Source of the DNA: Gemmatimonadota bacterium
GTDB taxonomy: Bacteria > Gemmatimonadota > Gemmatimonadetes > Gemmatimonadales > GWC2-71-9
DNA: 39,011 nt
Direction: 5' to 3'
Assembly (NCBI GenBank): GCA_039588295.1
Contig: JBDHAB010000038.1
Span: 1 to 39,011 of the forward strand
Each line of letters opens with the position of its first letter. Positions within the stretch are counted from its first letter, which is position 1. The notes under the pieces were generated by a model. The model did no database searches. It had not been told where the DNA came from and saw nothing but the letters and a program-made list of their open reading frames with translations. Positions 8,061-19,744 of this stretch are shown one piece after another. Position numbers and translations under genes: made by a program.

Positions 8061-9428
8061 TCATGCTGCCAGCACTTCGAGGTGCGGCTGAATCTCGGAT
8101 TTCGGGACGAGGGCCGGCCAGTACGCCACGATCTCCTCGACCTTGGGTCGCCCTCCGGCGAACCCGGTCACCGAGGGCGGGCCGTTCAGAATGAGGGGCG
8201 CGAGCTCCCGCGTGAAGCGCTGGACCGGACGGGACGACCGCGCGCGCACTCCCACGCGAAGCTGCACCTCGGCGATGTCGGGATCGGGCTCACCCGCGAG
8301 CCGCCCGTGGGTCGCGTTCACGCCCACGAACTCCGTGAGTATCTCCTCGAACTCGAGACCCAGGCGAGCAAGACGCTCCCGCAGGATACGGTCCGCCCGC
8401 TTTGCCTTGCGGTACGCATCGGGCCACGCATACGTCAGAGTACCCACGGCCTTGTACCCGTAAAGATAGGAGATGGAGACCTTCAGGAACTCGGTTGCCG
8501 GGTGTCCTTTCATTCCATACACCAGCACGCGGTCCTTCCCGTCCTGCTCGAGCCTGATCGTGGTGAAGTCGGCGATTCCATCGGGAGTGATGTAGTTGCG
8601 AGGGTCACCCATTTCGTAGAGCAGCTGTTCGGTCACACTCGCCACCGTGACCAGCCCGCCGGTGCCAGGGTGTTTCGTGACAACGAAGCTCCCGTCGGCC
8701 CGTGCATCGATGATCGGATACCCCGGGTTTGCCAGACCGGGAATTCGTTCCCAATCCACCAGACAGTTCCCACCGGTGCACTGGGCACCGCACTCGTTGA
8801 TGTGCCCCGCCACGGTGCCTGCCGCAATCCGATCCCAGTCCGTCGGTGCCCAGCCAAACTCATGCATCATCGGCGCCAGCGACAGCCCGGTATCGGTCAC
8901 GCGTCCGGTGATGATGACGTTCGCGTCCCGCCTGAGCGCGTCCACCACGGGCTGCGCTCCCAGATAGGCATTGGCGCTCTGCACGTGCTCGCGCACCACG
9001 CTCAGTGGCTCTCCGGTATCGAGGTTCGCCAGCGAGTTCCCGTGCGCTAGTAGCTCATCGACCCGATCGAGCAGGTCGTCTCCCGTCACTACGCCAATGC
9101 GTACCTTCCCTTGGAGCCCCAGCGCCCGAGCCGTCTCCAATACGCCCTCCGCGCACGCGCGCGGGTTCACGCCGCCCGCATTCGACACGACGGTGATCCC
9201 GCGCTCGGCCGTTTCGGGCAACAGCCGCTCCATGAGTGGCACGAAATCCTTCGCGTAGCCCAACGCCGGGTCGCGGGTTCGCTGTTTCTGCATGATGGAC
9301 ATCGTGACTTCCGCCAGATAGTCCATCATCAGGTAGTCGATCGGCCCGCCGGTGACCTGTTGAATGGGCGCCTCGAGCCAGTCGCCCCAGAACCCCTGAC
9401 CGGAAGCGACCCGGACGATTTCACTCAT
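8061..9428 (-). CDS. Acyclic terpene utilization AtuA family protein (DUF1446)
   Basis: [50 protein letters not shown] motifs. Confidence 0.9.
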   Translation of the reverse strand: MSEIVRVASGQGFWGDWLEAPIQQVTGGPIDYLMMDYLAEVTMSIMQKQRTRDPALGYAKDFVPLMERLLPETAERGITVVSNAGGVNPRACAEGVLETARALGLQGKVRIGVVTGDDLLDRVDELLAHGNSLANLDTGEPLSVVREHVQSANAYLGAQPVVDALRRDANVIITGRVTDTGLSLAPMMHEFGWAPTDWDRIAAGTVAGHINECGAQCTGGNCLVDWERIPGLANPGYPIIDARADGSFVVTKHPGTGGLVTVASVTEQLLYEMGDPRNYITPDGIADFTTIRLEQDGKDRVLVYGMKGHPATEFLKVSISYLYGYKAVGTLTYAWPDAYRKAKRADRILRERLARLGLEFEEILTEFVGVNATHGRLAGEPDPDIAEVQLRVGVRARSSRPVQRFTRELAPLILNGPPSVTGFAGGRPKVEEIVAYWPALVPKSEIQPHLEVLAA

Positions 9429-9463
9429 GCGGTAGTATCACCGATCGTCGGACGACGAGAAAG

Positions 9464-12325
9464 TCACGGCTCCACGGCGGCACGGCGCACGGATGCCGGG
9501 CCGGTCTCGGGAGTCGCCACGACCTCGATCAGGTAGTCGTATCCGATCGGTAGCAGGGGCATATCTGGCGGGGAGATCGGCACGCGCAACCTCTCGCGCG
9601 CCGTGAGGTAACGCTTCGACGCCACCGTGTCGCCAACGAGCGGCAGCTCGATCGCCGCTTCAGCCAGGAATTCCGTGCGCAGTGACGCCGACCAGGAGCG
9701 GGCGGCGTCCCCACGGGCGAACGCCGGGAACAGCTCTACCCGTAGAGTGGCACCCCGATCCGCTGTATCCAGCACAATGCGGTGCCGCCCGAACGCGTAG
9801 TTGAGCGGGCTGTCGCTGATCTTTCGCCCGAGCGAGTCGAACACCGTGACGCCGAAGTCGGTCAGGGACTGCCACAGGTCTCGCGGCAGCGAGGCATCGA
9901 GCGTCATCGACGTAGCCCACTCCGGTACCGTCACTTCGATCGAAGTGGGGTCGCCGCGCTCATCCCCTCGCACGTCGTCGAATCGCACCCCGCCCAGCAC
10001 TACCGCCGAGATCGCCACACGCTGCGGCACGTCCGTCAGATTCTCGACCACGGCAACGGGACCTACCGCAACGGTTTCCACCCGCACCGACGGAACTGAG
10101 GCCGTGAATCGGTAGCTCACAGCCTTCGTGGGAGGGGCGACCACGACGGCTTCGTACACGCCCGGAACGACTTCGTCTGCCATGACGGTAACGGCCGCGC
10201 GGCTCGGCTTCGTCCCTCCGGCGGCGGCGCTGTTCCCGCCCCGATAGGGCTGGCCACTCGGCTCGAACAGGTACAGCGTCGCCTCACCCCCTCGCTCGCC
10301 GAGATCGATCACCACTTCGAGCCCGCCCGCTGCAGCAGGCACCTGGAGGAAGTAGCGCGCCGTCGCTCCCGGGGTAAGCAGACCCTGGGCTCCAAACGCC
10401 GTGTCGAGGGATTGCGGGACGACGACCGTGTTCGTGAGTCCAAACGACGGTCCGCTGATCGTATCCGAGGCCGGCCTGGCCCACACGGTGCCGACGTACA
10501 ATCCCGGCTCCGTCAATGCGCCGGCGTCGTAGGTCAGACGGATGGTGGTGGCTTCGCCACCCGGCTCGATGAGGGCCGGCGCCCGCAGCCATGGCACGTC
10601 AGGCTCGAGCAGCAGTCGCGCCGCGGGCTGTCCCTCGGCGGACGACACCACGAACTCCTGAATCGTGTCCGCCGGCGAAGCCAGTCCGCCGCGCCGATAC
10701 GCCGCCGAGGTCGGAGCGGCCGTGCCCTCGCTCGTCAGTGCCCGGACCCGGTAGATGCCGGTTTGGTGTGCCGCGCGGAGCCACCGGAGCGCGTCACCCA
10801 CGTTGGGCACGCCCGCCCCTTCATCCAATACGGTGGTTCCACCCATCGGGGTCGCGGTCGCCATGAGGGACCGTTTCAAGTCGATCGCGCGCACTGCGCC
10901 CCCGGACTGCAGCATGGCGGACTGCAGCAGTGCCGCCGCGCCTGCGATCACCGGTGCGGCCATGCTCGTTCCGCCCGAAATCTCCTCGCCGGTCCGCCAC
11001 TCCGGCACATTCGAGTACGCGACCCCTGGGGCACAGACATCCGGTTTCGCGACCTCTCCACCCCGAGCACTCCACCAACCCATGACATCGGCGGCCGGAG
11101 GCGTGCCGGGCTGCGGCGCCTGAATGAACGCGCCCGGAAACAGGGCGCACACGGTGAGCGCATGCTCCGCCGACCCCGGCAGGCCGACGGTCGAGACTCC
11201 AGGTCCGTCGTTCCCCGCGCTGATGACCACCAGCACGTTGGGATGCTGGAGTGCGTACGCGTCGATCAGTGAGTCAATAGCGGCTCCACCCTCAACCTCG
11301 TTGCCCACCCCGTAGCTGAGATTCACGATCAGGGGCATCGACCGCCGCGCCGCATAGTCGGCAGCGTACTGCATGGCGCTCAGCATGCTGCCGGTGACGG
11401 AGATACCACCCCGGGTGTTGTTGGCGATCTTGAGCGCGAGCAGTTGGGCGCCCGGCGCGACGCCATGGAAGCCTTCGACGCCAAACAGATCGTGGCCCGC
11501 CGCGATACCTGCGACGTGCGATCCATGACTCGAGTTGTCCAACACCAAGTCGAGCACCGGCCGCCCCTCTGCCTCAGAGAGGTTCACGGCCACGGCGATG
11601 GGTCCTGGTTGCCCGCCGTCGTCACGGAAGGTGAACACGTCGCCCGCGATTCCGTAGTCGCGGATTGGGCGCTCGTCCTCCAGCGAACGGTCACCGTCGG
11701 TGTCGACGATGGCGACCCAGGCATCGCTCGCGCGAGCGACCACGACGAGGAACGCGTCGGTAATCGTGCCACTCCGGTTGACATCCGCTGCCGGCGGGGC
11801 GCCCAGCGTCACCTCGTGGAAGACGCCGCCGTAGTAGGGGCTGCTGGCGATGCCGGCCACCCGACCGAAACCGTGCGCGACGTGTTCGCCGATGCGAACC
11901 GTGCCGTCTGCTCCGGGTCGCACCGGCTGCAGCGCGATGCGTCCTTCACCGGAGAAATCCCTGATGTCCAGGAGTTTGCGTTCGGTAGTGGTGGTCGAGC
12001 GAAGGCCGGGCAAGCTCGGGTCGACGCCACTGTCCAAGATCGCGATCAACACCCCACGACCGTCGTACTCGGGTGCTGCCACACGAAACGCGTCCACGCC
12101 GATCGTGCGAAGCGGCATCAGCCCCGCGAACATCGCAATCCGGGGTGGTAGCGCGGGGTCGGCGGGCGTGACCGCCGTCCGATCGGCAGGCGTCGCGATC
12201 TCGGAGGGCACCGACTCCATCACGGGTGCGGGAACGGTCACGACCGACGATCCGCCGGCACATCCGAGTGCGGAGAGCGCCGCCAGGCCAGCCATCCACT
12301 TGTACGGAGAAGGTGCTCTGCTCAC
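9464..12325 (-). CDS. S8 serine peptidase, tripeptidyl-peptidase II-like, lipoprotein
   Basis: Triad motifs AILDSGVDP, HGSHVAGIAAG, GTSMAAP; SAGNDGP oxyanion Asn; long Asp-His insert; lipobox ALGC. Confidence 0.9.
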   Translation of the reverse strand: MSRAPSPYKWMAGLAALSALGCAGGSSVVTVPAPVMESVPSEIATPADRTAVTPADPALPPRIAMFAGLMPLRTIGVDAFRVAAPEYDGRGVLIAILDSGVDPSLPGLRSTTTTERKLLDIRDFSGEGRIALQPVRPGADGTVRIGEHVAHGFGRVAGIASSPYYGGVFHEVTLGAPPAADVNRSGTITDAFLVVVARASDAWVAIVDTDGDRSLEDERPIRDYGIAGDVFTFRDDGGQPGPIAVAVNLSEAEGRPVLDLVLDNSSHGSHVAGIAAGHDLFGVEGFHGVAPGAQLLALKIANNTRGGISVTGSMLSAMQYAADYAARRSMPLIVNLSYGVGNEVEGGAAIDSLIDAYALQHPNVLVVISAGNDGPGVSTVGLPGSAEHALTVCALFPGAFIQAPQPGTPPAADVMGWWSARGGEVAKPDVCAPGVAYSNVPEWRTGEEISGGTSMAAPVIAGAAALLQSAMLQSGGAVRAIDLKRSLMATATPMGGTTVLDEGAGVPNVGDALRWLRAAHQTGIYRVRALTSEGTAAPTSAAYRRGGLASPADTIQEFVVSSAEGQPAARLLLEPDVPWLRAPALIEPGGEATTIRLTYDAGALTEPGLYVGTVWARPASDTISGPSFGLTNTVVVPQSLDTAFGAQGLLTPGATARYFLQVPAAAGGLEVVIDLGERGGEATLYLFEPSGQPYRGGNSAAAGGTKPSRAAVTVMADEVVPGVYEAVVVAPPTKAVSYRFTASVPSVRVETVAVGPVAVVENLTDVPQRVAISAVVLGGVRFDDVRGDERGDPTSIEVTVPEWATSMTLDASLPRDLWQSLTDFGVTVFDSLGRKISDSPLNYAFGRHRIVLDTADRGATLRVELFPAFARGDAARSWSASLRTEFLAEAAIELPLVGDTVASKRYLTARERLRVPISPPDMPLLPIGYDYLIEVVATPETGPASVRRAAVEP

Positions 12326-13938
12326 GAAGTCACATAGTCCAGCGGTGGCATGACGAATGGTCCCAAGTGCGGTCCGTCGTAGTATTGGGTCGCGCGTAAC
12401 GCAAACGACAGCAACTCCCGCGTTTCCTCCGGTGCCAGGATCGCGTCGACGTACCCCCGTGCCCCGGCGTACTTGGCGTCCAGCTGATGCTCGTAGTCCG
12501 TTCGCATCTTCTCCACCGCCTCGCGCACGCTCGGGTCGTCCACGCGCTCGCCGAACACGGCGTTGATGGCGGCTTCACCCTCCATCACGCCCATCCGACC
12601 CGTGGGCCACGAGAAGATGAAGTCGGGATCGAACCCCTGCCCGGCCATCGCGTAGTAGCCGGCGCCGGATGCGTGGTTCACGGTCAGCACGATCATCGGG
12701 ACGACCGCGGTCGCCATCGCCTCAACGAAACGCGCACCGGCCCGGATGATGCCGGAATGCTCGGCTTCGGGACCCACCATGAACCCGCTGACGTCTTGGA
12801 CAAAGAGCAGCGGCACGCGCTCGCGACTCGCGTTCTCGACAAAATACGCGACCTTGTCCGCACTCTCGGTGTACACGATGCCGCCGACCTTCGGGGCTTG
12901 GCCAGGCTTCCCCCTGATGAGGCCACGCTGATTGGCGATGACCGCCACGACCTGACCCTCGATCACACCATGTCCACAGATCATTTCTTTCGCGATGTCG
13001 GGTTGGAATTCCTCGAGTGTGCCGTCGTCCAGCAGGCAGGCAAGGACATCGTTCATGTCGTACGCCATCCGGTGGTCGTGCGGGAGGATGTCGTACAGTT
13101 CCGCTGGAGGGCGCGCCGGCGGTCGAGCCGCGACATTGGTCGGCGCCTCGCTGGGTCCGCCGGGCAGACGGGCAATGTACTGCCGAATCTCCTCGATACA
13201 CTCTGCGTCATCCTTGGCCCGATAGTGGGCGACGGCACTCGTGGCGGTATGCGTCACCGCCCCACCCAACATCTCCCCGTCCACCATCTGGCCCGTAGCG
13301 CCCTTGACGAGATTCGGTCCACCGAGACCCATGAACGACGTGTGCTCGACCATGAAGATGACATCGGAGAGGGCGGGCAGATACGCGCCACCGGCCACAC
13401 ACGGACCCATGACCGCACTGATTTGGGGCACGTGCAGGTAGCGCCGCATGATCGAGTTGTAGTAGAAGATGCGCGCCGCGCCGTACTGGCCGGGGAAAAC
13501 CCCGCCTTGGTACGGGAGGTTGATGCCGGAGGAGTCCACCAGATACACGATCGGGATGCGCTGCCGCATCGCGATCTCTTGGGCCCGCAAAATCTTCTTG
13601 ATCGTCTCGGGCCACCACGATCCCGCCTTGATCGTACCATCGTTCGCCACGATGACCACGTGCCGCCCTGCAGCCAGACCGACACCCGTGACGACGCCGG
13701 CGCCGGGCGCCTGCCCGTCGTACCGATCGTACGCCACCAATAGCCCGATCTCCATCCATGGCGTGTCGGGATCGCGCAGCCGATCGATCCGCTCGCGTGC
13801 CGTGAGCTTTCCCTGCTCGTGCTGCCGCTGAATCCGCTCGGGCCCACCTCCCTGCCGGAGCCGGAGCGCGAGCTCACGGTATTCTTCCGTCAGCTCGCGG
13901 AGGCGGTCGTGATGGGTGATGGCGTCGCTGACGGTCAC
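12322..13938 (-). CDS. Acyl-CoA carboxylase carboxyltransferase (beta) subunit, MCC/PCC-like
   Basis: [48 protein letters not shown] overlap with the upstream stop. Confidence 0.92.
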   Translation of the reverse strand: MTVSDAITHHDRLRELTEEYRELALRLRQGGGPERIQRQHEQGKLTARERIDRLRDPDTPWMEIGLLVAYDRYDGQAPGAGVVTGVGLAAGRHVVIVANDGTIKAGSWWPETIKKILRAQEIAMRQRIPIVYLVDSSGINLPYQGGVFPGQYGAARIFYYNSIMRRYLHVPQISAVMGPCVAGGAYLPALSDVIFMVEHTSFMGLGGPNLVKGATGQMVDGEMLGGAVTHTATSAVAHYRAKDDAECIEEIRQYIARLPGGPSEAPTNVAARPPARPPAELYDILPHDHRMAYDMNDVLACLLDDGTLEEFQPDIAKEMICGHGVIEGQVVAVIANQRGLIRGKPGQAPKVGGIVYTESADKVAYFVENASRERVPLLFVQDVSGFMVGPEAEHSGIIRAGARFVEAMATAVVPMIVLTVNHASGAGYYAMAGQGFDPDFIFSWPTGRMGVMEGEAAINAVFGERVDDPSVREAVEKMRTDYEHQLDAKYAGARGYVDAILAPEETRELLSFALRATQYYDGPHLGPFVMPPLDYVTS

Positions 13939-14378
13939 GCCACGCGGCTCCCCGACCACGAGCGGATGTATTCGATGATCTCCTGCGTCGTCGTGCCGGG
14001 CCCGAACAGCTTCGCGATACCGTTCCGCTCCAGCTCGTCCGCGTCCTCGTCGGGGATGATCCCGCCACCGAGGAGCAGGATGTCGTCGCGACCGGCCTCG
14101 GTCAGCAACTGCTGCACGCGGGGAAACAGCGTCATGTGCGCGCCCGAGAGAATCGAGAGCCCCACCACGTCCACGTCCTCCTGCACGGCCGCCGTGGCAA
14201 TCATATCGGGTGTCTGGTGCAAGCCGGTGTAAATGACTTCCATCCCGGCGTCGCGTAGGGCGGCGGCGACCACTTTCGCGCCGCGATCGTGTCCGTCCAG
14301 ACCGGGCTTGGCGACCAGCACCCTGATCGGTCGCGACCGCTTGGTCCGGTCGGCCTTCTTCGCTGACGATTTCCCCAT
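13935..14378 (-). CDS. Acyl-CoA mutase small (cobalamin-binding) subunit
   Basis: [14 protein letters not shown] (DxHxxG), [14 protein letters not shown]. Confidence 0.93.
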   Translation of the reverse strand: MGKSSAKKADRTKRSRPIRVLVAKPGLDGHDRGAKVVAAALRDAGMEVIYTGLHQTPDMIATAAVQEDVDVVGLSILSGAHMTLFPRVQQLLTEAGRDDILLLGGGIIPDEDADELERNGIAKLFGPGTTTQEIIEYIRSWSGSRVA

Positions 14379-14437
14379 GGCTGCGCAGAACCTAGTGGTG
14401 CGTGTGATGGGTGACAAGCAGCGTGTTCATCGCCACG

Positions 14438-15700
14438 TCACCGTTGTTTGAACCGAAGGAGCGCTGCAAGTCCATCGACGTGGGCACGCGCTTCCCCGTC
14501 CTCCACGACCTCAACGTGACTTCCCTGGCGGAGCGCTTCCTCGATCGCCTCGTCGATGACATCGGCGATCGGTTCCGCCTCGCCTCCACTGAGACAGTCC
14601 TCACTACGCACCGCGAGCCCGCCGCTTTCCGGGCATCGGAACCCCGAGCGCTCCGCCGTCGGTTCGACGAGCAGGGTCCGCACCTGCCCGTGCCCCAGGG
14701 CGGCGAGCACCGCGTCGACCCCGTTGACCGCCCACCCCGTACCCAACCCGTCACAGAGCGCCTCGGCTCGTTCGGCTTCCAGCGTTCGCTCCGATCGGCG
14801 GCGTACCTCGAGCACGGTCTCCATCACCTTGGCGGGCGTCACCGACTTCGGATTCAATCGGGCCGTGCCGAGCAGTTGCTTGCCAAGGTACGGATGCATG
14901 TGCGGCTCGACCGCATCGGCATCCTTCCCCATCCCGGCGAGCACGACGCCGCGAACGGCGCGATCGCGCGATAGTTCGAACAGACGCTGGGCGACGGCCG
15001 CGTAATGACGGTGCTTCTCCTCCCGAATGCGTTGGTGGTAGTTGTGCTCCCCGGCCGAACCCGACGTCGCGCCGGTCCCCGAGGCGGCACGCGGACCGTG
15101 GAACCGCCCTGGGCGGGTCGTGTCGCCAGGGGTGAGACCTGGCAGCTCTCGGACGCCGAACGCGGTGATCTCGAAGAACCGGGCACTCGTTCGGTCATAC
15201 GCCCCGCACAGCATCCGGCCGAACTCGTCTTCGAGTGCGGCAAGCTCCCGAATGAGTGGCGAGCGCTCGATGGCGAGACGCGAACGAAACACCCTGGGGA
15301 GCGGAATTGCCTCGAAGAGGCCGAGCGCTTCACACGCAAAGACCGCGATGCCCTGTCCCGTGGTCAGGTTGCCCGGATGCTCCAGGTGTTCGCGTACCCG
15401 ACGGAGATCACGCTCTACCGTGTCCAGTTCCTGGCGGGTCGCGCCGCGGTGTTCGAAGCGTGCCAATTGCTCCCGGATGCGGTTCTTCAGCTTGATGAGA
15501 TACTTGCCGCGACTTCGGTCTCGTGGCTCGAGCTTCAGATAGCACGAGACAACCCAATGCTCCGTCACGCCGATGTCCGCCAGCCATGCAACGATGGACG
15601 CGAAGGACTGCGGTCGACTTGCGTCTAACGATCGCTCGACTACGGCCGGCCTGTGACCCTGGACTCGGCTAGAAGAAGACGGGTTCGCGATATGCACCAT
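14438..15700 (-). CDS. Bacterial archaeo-eukaryotic release factor-like (baeRF/eRF1-fold) protein
   Basis: N-terminal VVSCYL and GIAVFA, central GVVLAG, C-terminal GQVRTLLV and GLAALLRF (eRF1 domain 3 type); GAGGAGG RBS; no GGQ. Confidence 0.8.
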   Translation of the reverse strand: MVHIANPSSSSRVQGHRPAVVERSLDASRPQSFASIVAWLADIGVTEHWVVSCYLKLEPRDRSRGKYLIKLKNRIREQLARFEHRGATRQELDTVERDLRRVREHLEHPGNLTTGQGIAVFACEALGLFEAIPLPRVFRSRLAIERSPLIRELAALEDEFGRMLCGAYDRTSARFFEITAFGVRELPGLTPGDTTRPGRFHGPRAASGTGATSGSAGEHNYHQRIREEKHRHYAAVAQRLFELSRDRAVRGVVLAGMGKDADAVEPHMHPYLGKQLLGTARLNPKSVTPAKVMETVLEVRRRSERTLEAERAEALCDGLGTGWAVNGVDAVLAALGHGQVRTLLVEPTAERSGFRCPESGGLAVRSEDCLSGGEAEPIADVIDEAIEEALRQGSHVEVVEDGEARAHVDGLAALLRFKQR

Positions 15701-17309
15701 AGACCTCCTCGAGGGCGTGGCGAATCTCGAACAGCGTGCAGTAGCGACGGGCGCAATCCAGCATCGCGGGGATCACATTCTCGTCCCGTTCCGCCGCCGC
15801 GCGCAATGCGGTGAGCGCCACCTCTGCTCGACGGCTGTCACGCTGTGCGCGCAACGTGGCCAGCCGGCGGCGCTGGATAGCGTCCGGCTCATCGCTCACT
15901 CTGAGAACCTCCACCTGCTCCCCGTCGCCATCCGTGAACTCGTTTACGCCAACGATGAGTCGGCGTTTCTGTTCTACTTCGTGCTGGAACCGCATCGAAC
16001 TCTGATGGATCTGGCGCTGGAACCACCCCAGCTCAATTCCTCGCACCACACCACCGATCGCCGCGATTTCCTCGAAGATGCGTTCGGCCTCGCGTTCCAT
16101 CCGATCGGTCAGCGCTTCCACGTAGTAGGAGCCGCCGAGCGGATCGATCACGTTCGCGATACCGGTCTCGTACGCCAGGATCTGCTGCGTCCGCAGCGCC
16201 AACTTGACCGAGTCCTCGGTCGGGAGCGCAAGCGTTTCGTCCAGCGAGTTCGTATGCAGCGATTGGGCTCCAGCCAAGGCTGCAGCCATCCCTTGATACG
16301 CAACTCGAACCACATTGTTCATCGGCTGCTGCGCCGTGAGCGAGACCCCGGCCGTCTGGCAGTGGAAGCGCATCTTCCAGGACCGCGGGTCCTGTGCGCC
16401 GTAGCGCTCGCGTAAGTGCCGTGCCCAGATGCGGCGGGCGGCGCGCATCTTCGCGATCTCCTCGAAGAAATCATTGTGCACATCCCAGAAGAACGACAGC
16501 CGCGGTGCGAAATGATCGACGTCGAGCCCTCGCGCGATCCCCCGTTCGACGTATTCGAATCCGTTCGCGAGCGTGAACGCGAGTTCCTGTACGGCGGTCG
16601 AGCCGGCTTCGCGAATGTGATATCCGCTGATCGAGATCGTATTCCACAGCGGGGTGTGCTCCGCGGACCACTCAAAGAGATCGACGATGATCTTGAGCGC
16701 GGGTTCGACGGGAAACACCCACGCGTGCTGCGCCATGTACTCTTTGAGGATGTCGTTCTGCACCGTGCCGCGCAGGGTCGCGATGTCGACGCCTTGCCGC
16801 TCGGCCGCGGCCACGTAAAAGCAGAACAGAAGCGCTGCCGGTCCGTTGATCGTCATGGACGTCGAAACCCGGTCCATCGGGATTCCGTCGAACAGCGTCT
16901 CCATATCGGCAAGCGATGAGATCGCGACGCCGCACTTGCCAACTTCTCCTTCGGAGCGAGCGTGATCGGAATCGTAGCCCATCAACGTCGGGAAATCGAA
17001 CGCGACCGACAGTCCGGTCTGACCCCGATCCAACAGGAACTTGTACCGGAGGTTGGTGTCCTCGGCGGTTCCGAAGCCCGAGAACTGCCGCATCGTCCAC
17101 AGACGGCCGCGATACATCGTGGAGTGGATCCCGCGCGTGTAGGGAAACGCCCCAGGATACCCGAGCTGATCGCCGTACCCGCCCTCCACGTCGCCCGGAG
17201 TATAGAGGGGCTTTACCTCGGCGGAGCTCTGGGTGACGAAGTCCACCTCCCCACGCTGTGGCTGCGCATCATACGTCTTGCGCCACGCGTCGTAGGAGCG
17301 ATCATCCAT
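15669..17309 (-). CDS. Adenosylcobalamin-dependent acyl-CoA mutase large subunit, isobutyryl-CoA mutase-type residues
   Basis: [56 protein letters not shown] upstream of ATG. Confidence 0.92.
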   Translation of the reverse strand: MDDRSYDAWRKTYDAQPQRGEVDFVTQSSAEVKPLYTPGDVEGGYGDQLGYPGAFPYTRGIHSTMYRGRLWTMRQFSGFGTAEDTNLRYKFLLDRGQTGLSVAFDFPTLMGYDSDHARSEGEVGKCGVAISSLADMETLFDGIPMDRVSTSMTINGPAALLFCFYVAAAERQGVDIATLRGTVQNDILKEYMAQHAWVFPVEPALKIIVDLFEWSAEHTPLWNTISISGYHIREAGSTAVQELAFTLANGFEYVERGIARGLDVDHFAPRLSFFWDVHNDFFEEIAKMRAARRIWARHLRERYGAQDPRSWKMRFHCQTAGVSLTAQQPMNNVVRVAYQGMAAALAGAQSLHTNSLDETLALPTEDSVKLALRTQQILAYETGIANVIDPLGGSYYVEALTDRMEREAERIFEEIAAIGGVVRGIELGWFQRQIHQSSMRFQHEVEQKRRLIVGVNEFTDGDGEQVEVLRVSDEPDAIQRRRLATLRAQRDSRRAEVALTALRAAAERDENVIPAMLDCARRYCTLFEIRHALEEVYGAYREPVFF

Positions 17310-18372
17310 CTTCCGTTCCCTCCTGTAGGTCCGCGACGATGTCGTGCGCGAGTTTGTAGGGGCTGATGCGTCCGTGCACGACGTCATCCAGCCCGGCGGC
17401 GAGCATTGCCGCTCCGTTGTGCTGTTCCCATACGAGCTGGCTCAAGGCCCGATCAACCACTTCCCGGGTGTGACGCGCCAGACGATCGCGACGCATCGCC
17501 TGAAGCTGACCGCTGGCCTCGAGGTACGCCCGGTGCGCGTCCAACGCCTCGACGAGCGGCTGCACGCCGTCACCCGTCGACGCCACGGTTGTCATCACAG
17601 GCGGTGACCATGCGTCCGTGTCCTCCACCCCCGCAGCCGTCGGCCGCTCCGCTCCGTCGCCCCCAACCGGGCGGCCGTGGTGCGCGGCGATATCGCGAAA
17701 CGCGTTACCCCGCCGAATGCCGAGCATCACTTCCACCTCCTGGACCAAGCGGTCGGCACCCGGGCGATCGCTCTTGTTCACGACGTAGAGGTCTGCAATC
17801 TCGAGCACGCCTGCCTTGAGCATCTGCACGCCGTCTCCGGATTCCGGAACGAGCACCAACGCGGTGGTATCCGCGCTTCCGGCAATCGCAAGCTCCGACT
17901 GCCCTACCCCCACGGTTTCAATGATCACTCGCTCAAACCCGAACGCGTCCAGGACGTCGCACACTTCTCGGGTGGTGGTGGCCAATCCACCCGTCGCGCC
18001 GCGCGACGCCATCGACCGGATGTACACCCCAGGATCCAACGTGAGCGAATCCATCCGAATCCGGTCCCCCAGGAGCGCCCCGCCCGTGAACGGACTCGTG
18101 GGATCGACCGCGACCACCCCAACGGTCGAGCCATGCCCGCGGTACGTCGCGACCAGTCCCTTGATTAGCGTAGACTTTCCCGCACCCGGCGGTCCAGTCA
18201 CCCCGATCCGGTGCGCCGCCCCGACCATCGGATGGATCTCCGACAGCAGCTCCTCGTACCCGTTTTGTCCGTTCTCGACCAGGGAGATGGCACGGGCCAG
18301 CGCCGAGACCCGATGCTCTCGAATGCCCGCCGCGAGCTGGGCGCCGTTCATGTTCGAAAGTTCATGTCCCAT
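17302..18372 (-). CDS. meaB: Mutase-associated GTPase chaperone MeaB/ArgK
   Basis: [41 protein letters not shown]. Confidence 0.93.
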   Translation of the reverse strand: MGHELSNMNGAQLAAGIREHRVSALARAISLVENGQNGYEELLSEIHPMVGAAHRIGVTGPPGAGKSTLIKGLVATYRGHGSTVGVVAVDPTSPFTGGALLGDRIRMDSLTLDPGVYIRSMASRGATGGLATTTREVCDVLDAFGFERVIIETVGVGQSELAIAGSADTTALVLVPESGDGVQMLKAGVLEIADLYVVNKSDRPGADRLVQEVEVMLGIRRGNAFRDIAAHHGRPVGGDGAERPTAAGVEDTDAWSPPVMTTVASTGDGVQPLVEALDAHRAYLEASGQLQAMRRDRLARHTREVVDRALSQLVWEQHNGAAMLAAGLDDVVHGRISPYKLAHDIVADLQEGTEDG

Positions 18373-18397
18373 AGTCTCCTGCCGCAACCGGCCGTGA

Positions 18398-19744
18398 TCA
18401 GGCCCCGGGGAGCAGCAGCCACGCCGCAAGACCAAGCAGGAGGAAGAAACCGGCGATGTCCGTCACCGCCGTGACGAATCCCGAACTGGCCACGGCGGGG
18501 TCGATCTTGAGACGCTCGAGCACGAGCGGGACCGCCGCACCCACCGTCGCCGCGACCATGAGACTCCCCCACATCGCCATCGTCACCACCGCCCCCAGCT
18601 GCCATCCGTAGCCCGTGACCACCGTGACGAGGCCCACCACCGTCCCGATGGCAAGCCCGTTGATCAGGCCGACCAACATTTCCTTTCCGATGAGCGCGAG
18701 CCCGCTCCCGGCGGGGATCATTCCCAGCGCGATGCGCCGAACGGTGACCGCCAGCGTCTGCGTGCCTGCACTCCCTCCCAACCCGGCCACGACGGGCATC
18801 ACGGCGGCGAGTACGACTAGCCGGCTGATGGTCTCCTCAAACAGCAGTACGACACTCGCCGCCAGGAGCGCAGTGAAAAGATTCAGGTACAGCCACGGCA
18901 GTCGCCGACGCACCGCGTGATGCCATTCACCGGCCAGCAGCTCGTCACCCGCAGCGCCCCCGAACTTGAGCAGGTCCTCCGTCTGTTCGGCTTCCACCAC
19001 GTCGATGACGTCGTCGAACGTGACGCGCCCGAGCAGCTTCCCCTGTGCGTCGACAACGGGAATCGAGGGCACGTTGTAGCGAGCCATGAGCCGCGCGACT
19101 TCCTCCTGGTCCAGGTCTGGCGTGGCTACCGCTGACGGCGGTTCCATGATCCCGCTGACCGTGACGCTCGGCTGGGACACGACGAGCCGCTGGAGCGGCA
19201 AGATGCCCACCAGGTGGTGCAGCTGGTCGACGCAGTAGACCTGGTAGAAGTCTTCGACTTCTTCGGCCTGGCGGCGGATTTCGTCGATGGCCGCAGCAGC
19301 CGTGGCCTCTTGCGACACGGCCAACACATGGGCCGTCATCAGCCCGCCGGCCGATTCCTCGTCGTAGGTGAGGAGGCGCTCTATTTCCGCCCGGTCGCTG
19401 ACTTCCGAGAGAATTCGGGTGGCGGCGTCCGGCGGCAGATCGGCGATGAGGTCGACCGCGTCGTCGTCCTCGAGCTCGTCGACGATGTCGGCGGCGTCCT
19501 CCGGCCGCAGGGCCGCGAGCAGCTCCTCCGGATGCTCCCCCTCGTCCATCTCCGCCAACGCCTCGGAGACGACCTCGGGTGGCAGCGTCTGAACGAGCTG
19601 GATCCGCAGGTCCTCATCGAGACCCGCCAGCACGTCCGCGAGATCGGACGGATGCAGTTCGCGGGCGCGTGCCAGGAACTGCTCTATCTCACCCGCCTCC
19701 GCGAGTGCCCGTAACTCGACGTGGACCTGGTCGGGTTCGGTCAT
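18398..19744 (-). CDS. mgtE: Magnesium transporter MgtE
   Basis: LHPSDLADVL N-domain, ESAGGLM, CBS pair, RRLPWL, GGSAGTQT, DPAVASSGFVTAVTD; ATGA overlap with DUF502. Confidence 0.93.
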   Translation of the reverse strand: MTEPDQVHVELRALAEAGEIEQFLARARELHPSDLADVLAGLDEDLRIQLVQTLPPEVVSEALAEMDEGEHPEELLAALRPEDAADIVDELEDDDAVDLIADLPPDAATRILSEVSDRAEIERLLTYDEESAGGLMTAHVLAVSQEATAAAAIDEIRRQAEEVEDFYQVYCVDQLHHLVGILPLQRLVVSQPSVTVSGIMEPPSAVATPDLDQEEVARLMARYNVPSIPVVDAQGKLLGRVTFDDVIDVVEAEQTEDLLKFGGAAGDELLAGEWHHAVRRRLPWLYLNLFTALLAASVVLLFEETISRLVVLAAVMPVVAGLGGSAGTQTLAVTVRRIALGMIPAGSGLALIGKEMLVGLINGLAIGTVVGLVTVVTGYGWQLGAVVTMAMWGSLMVAATVGAAVPLVLERLKIDPAVASSGFVTAVTDIAGFFLLLGLAAWLLLPGA

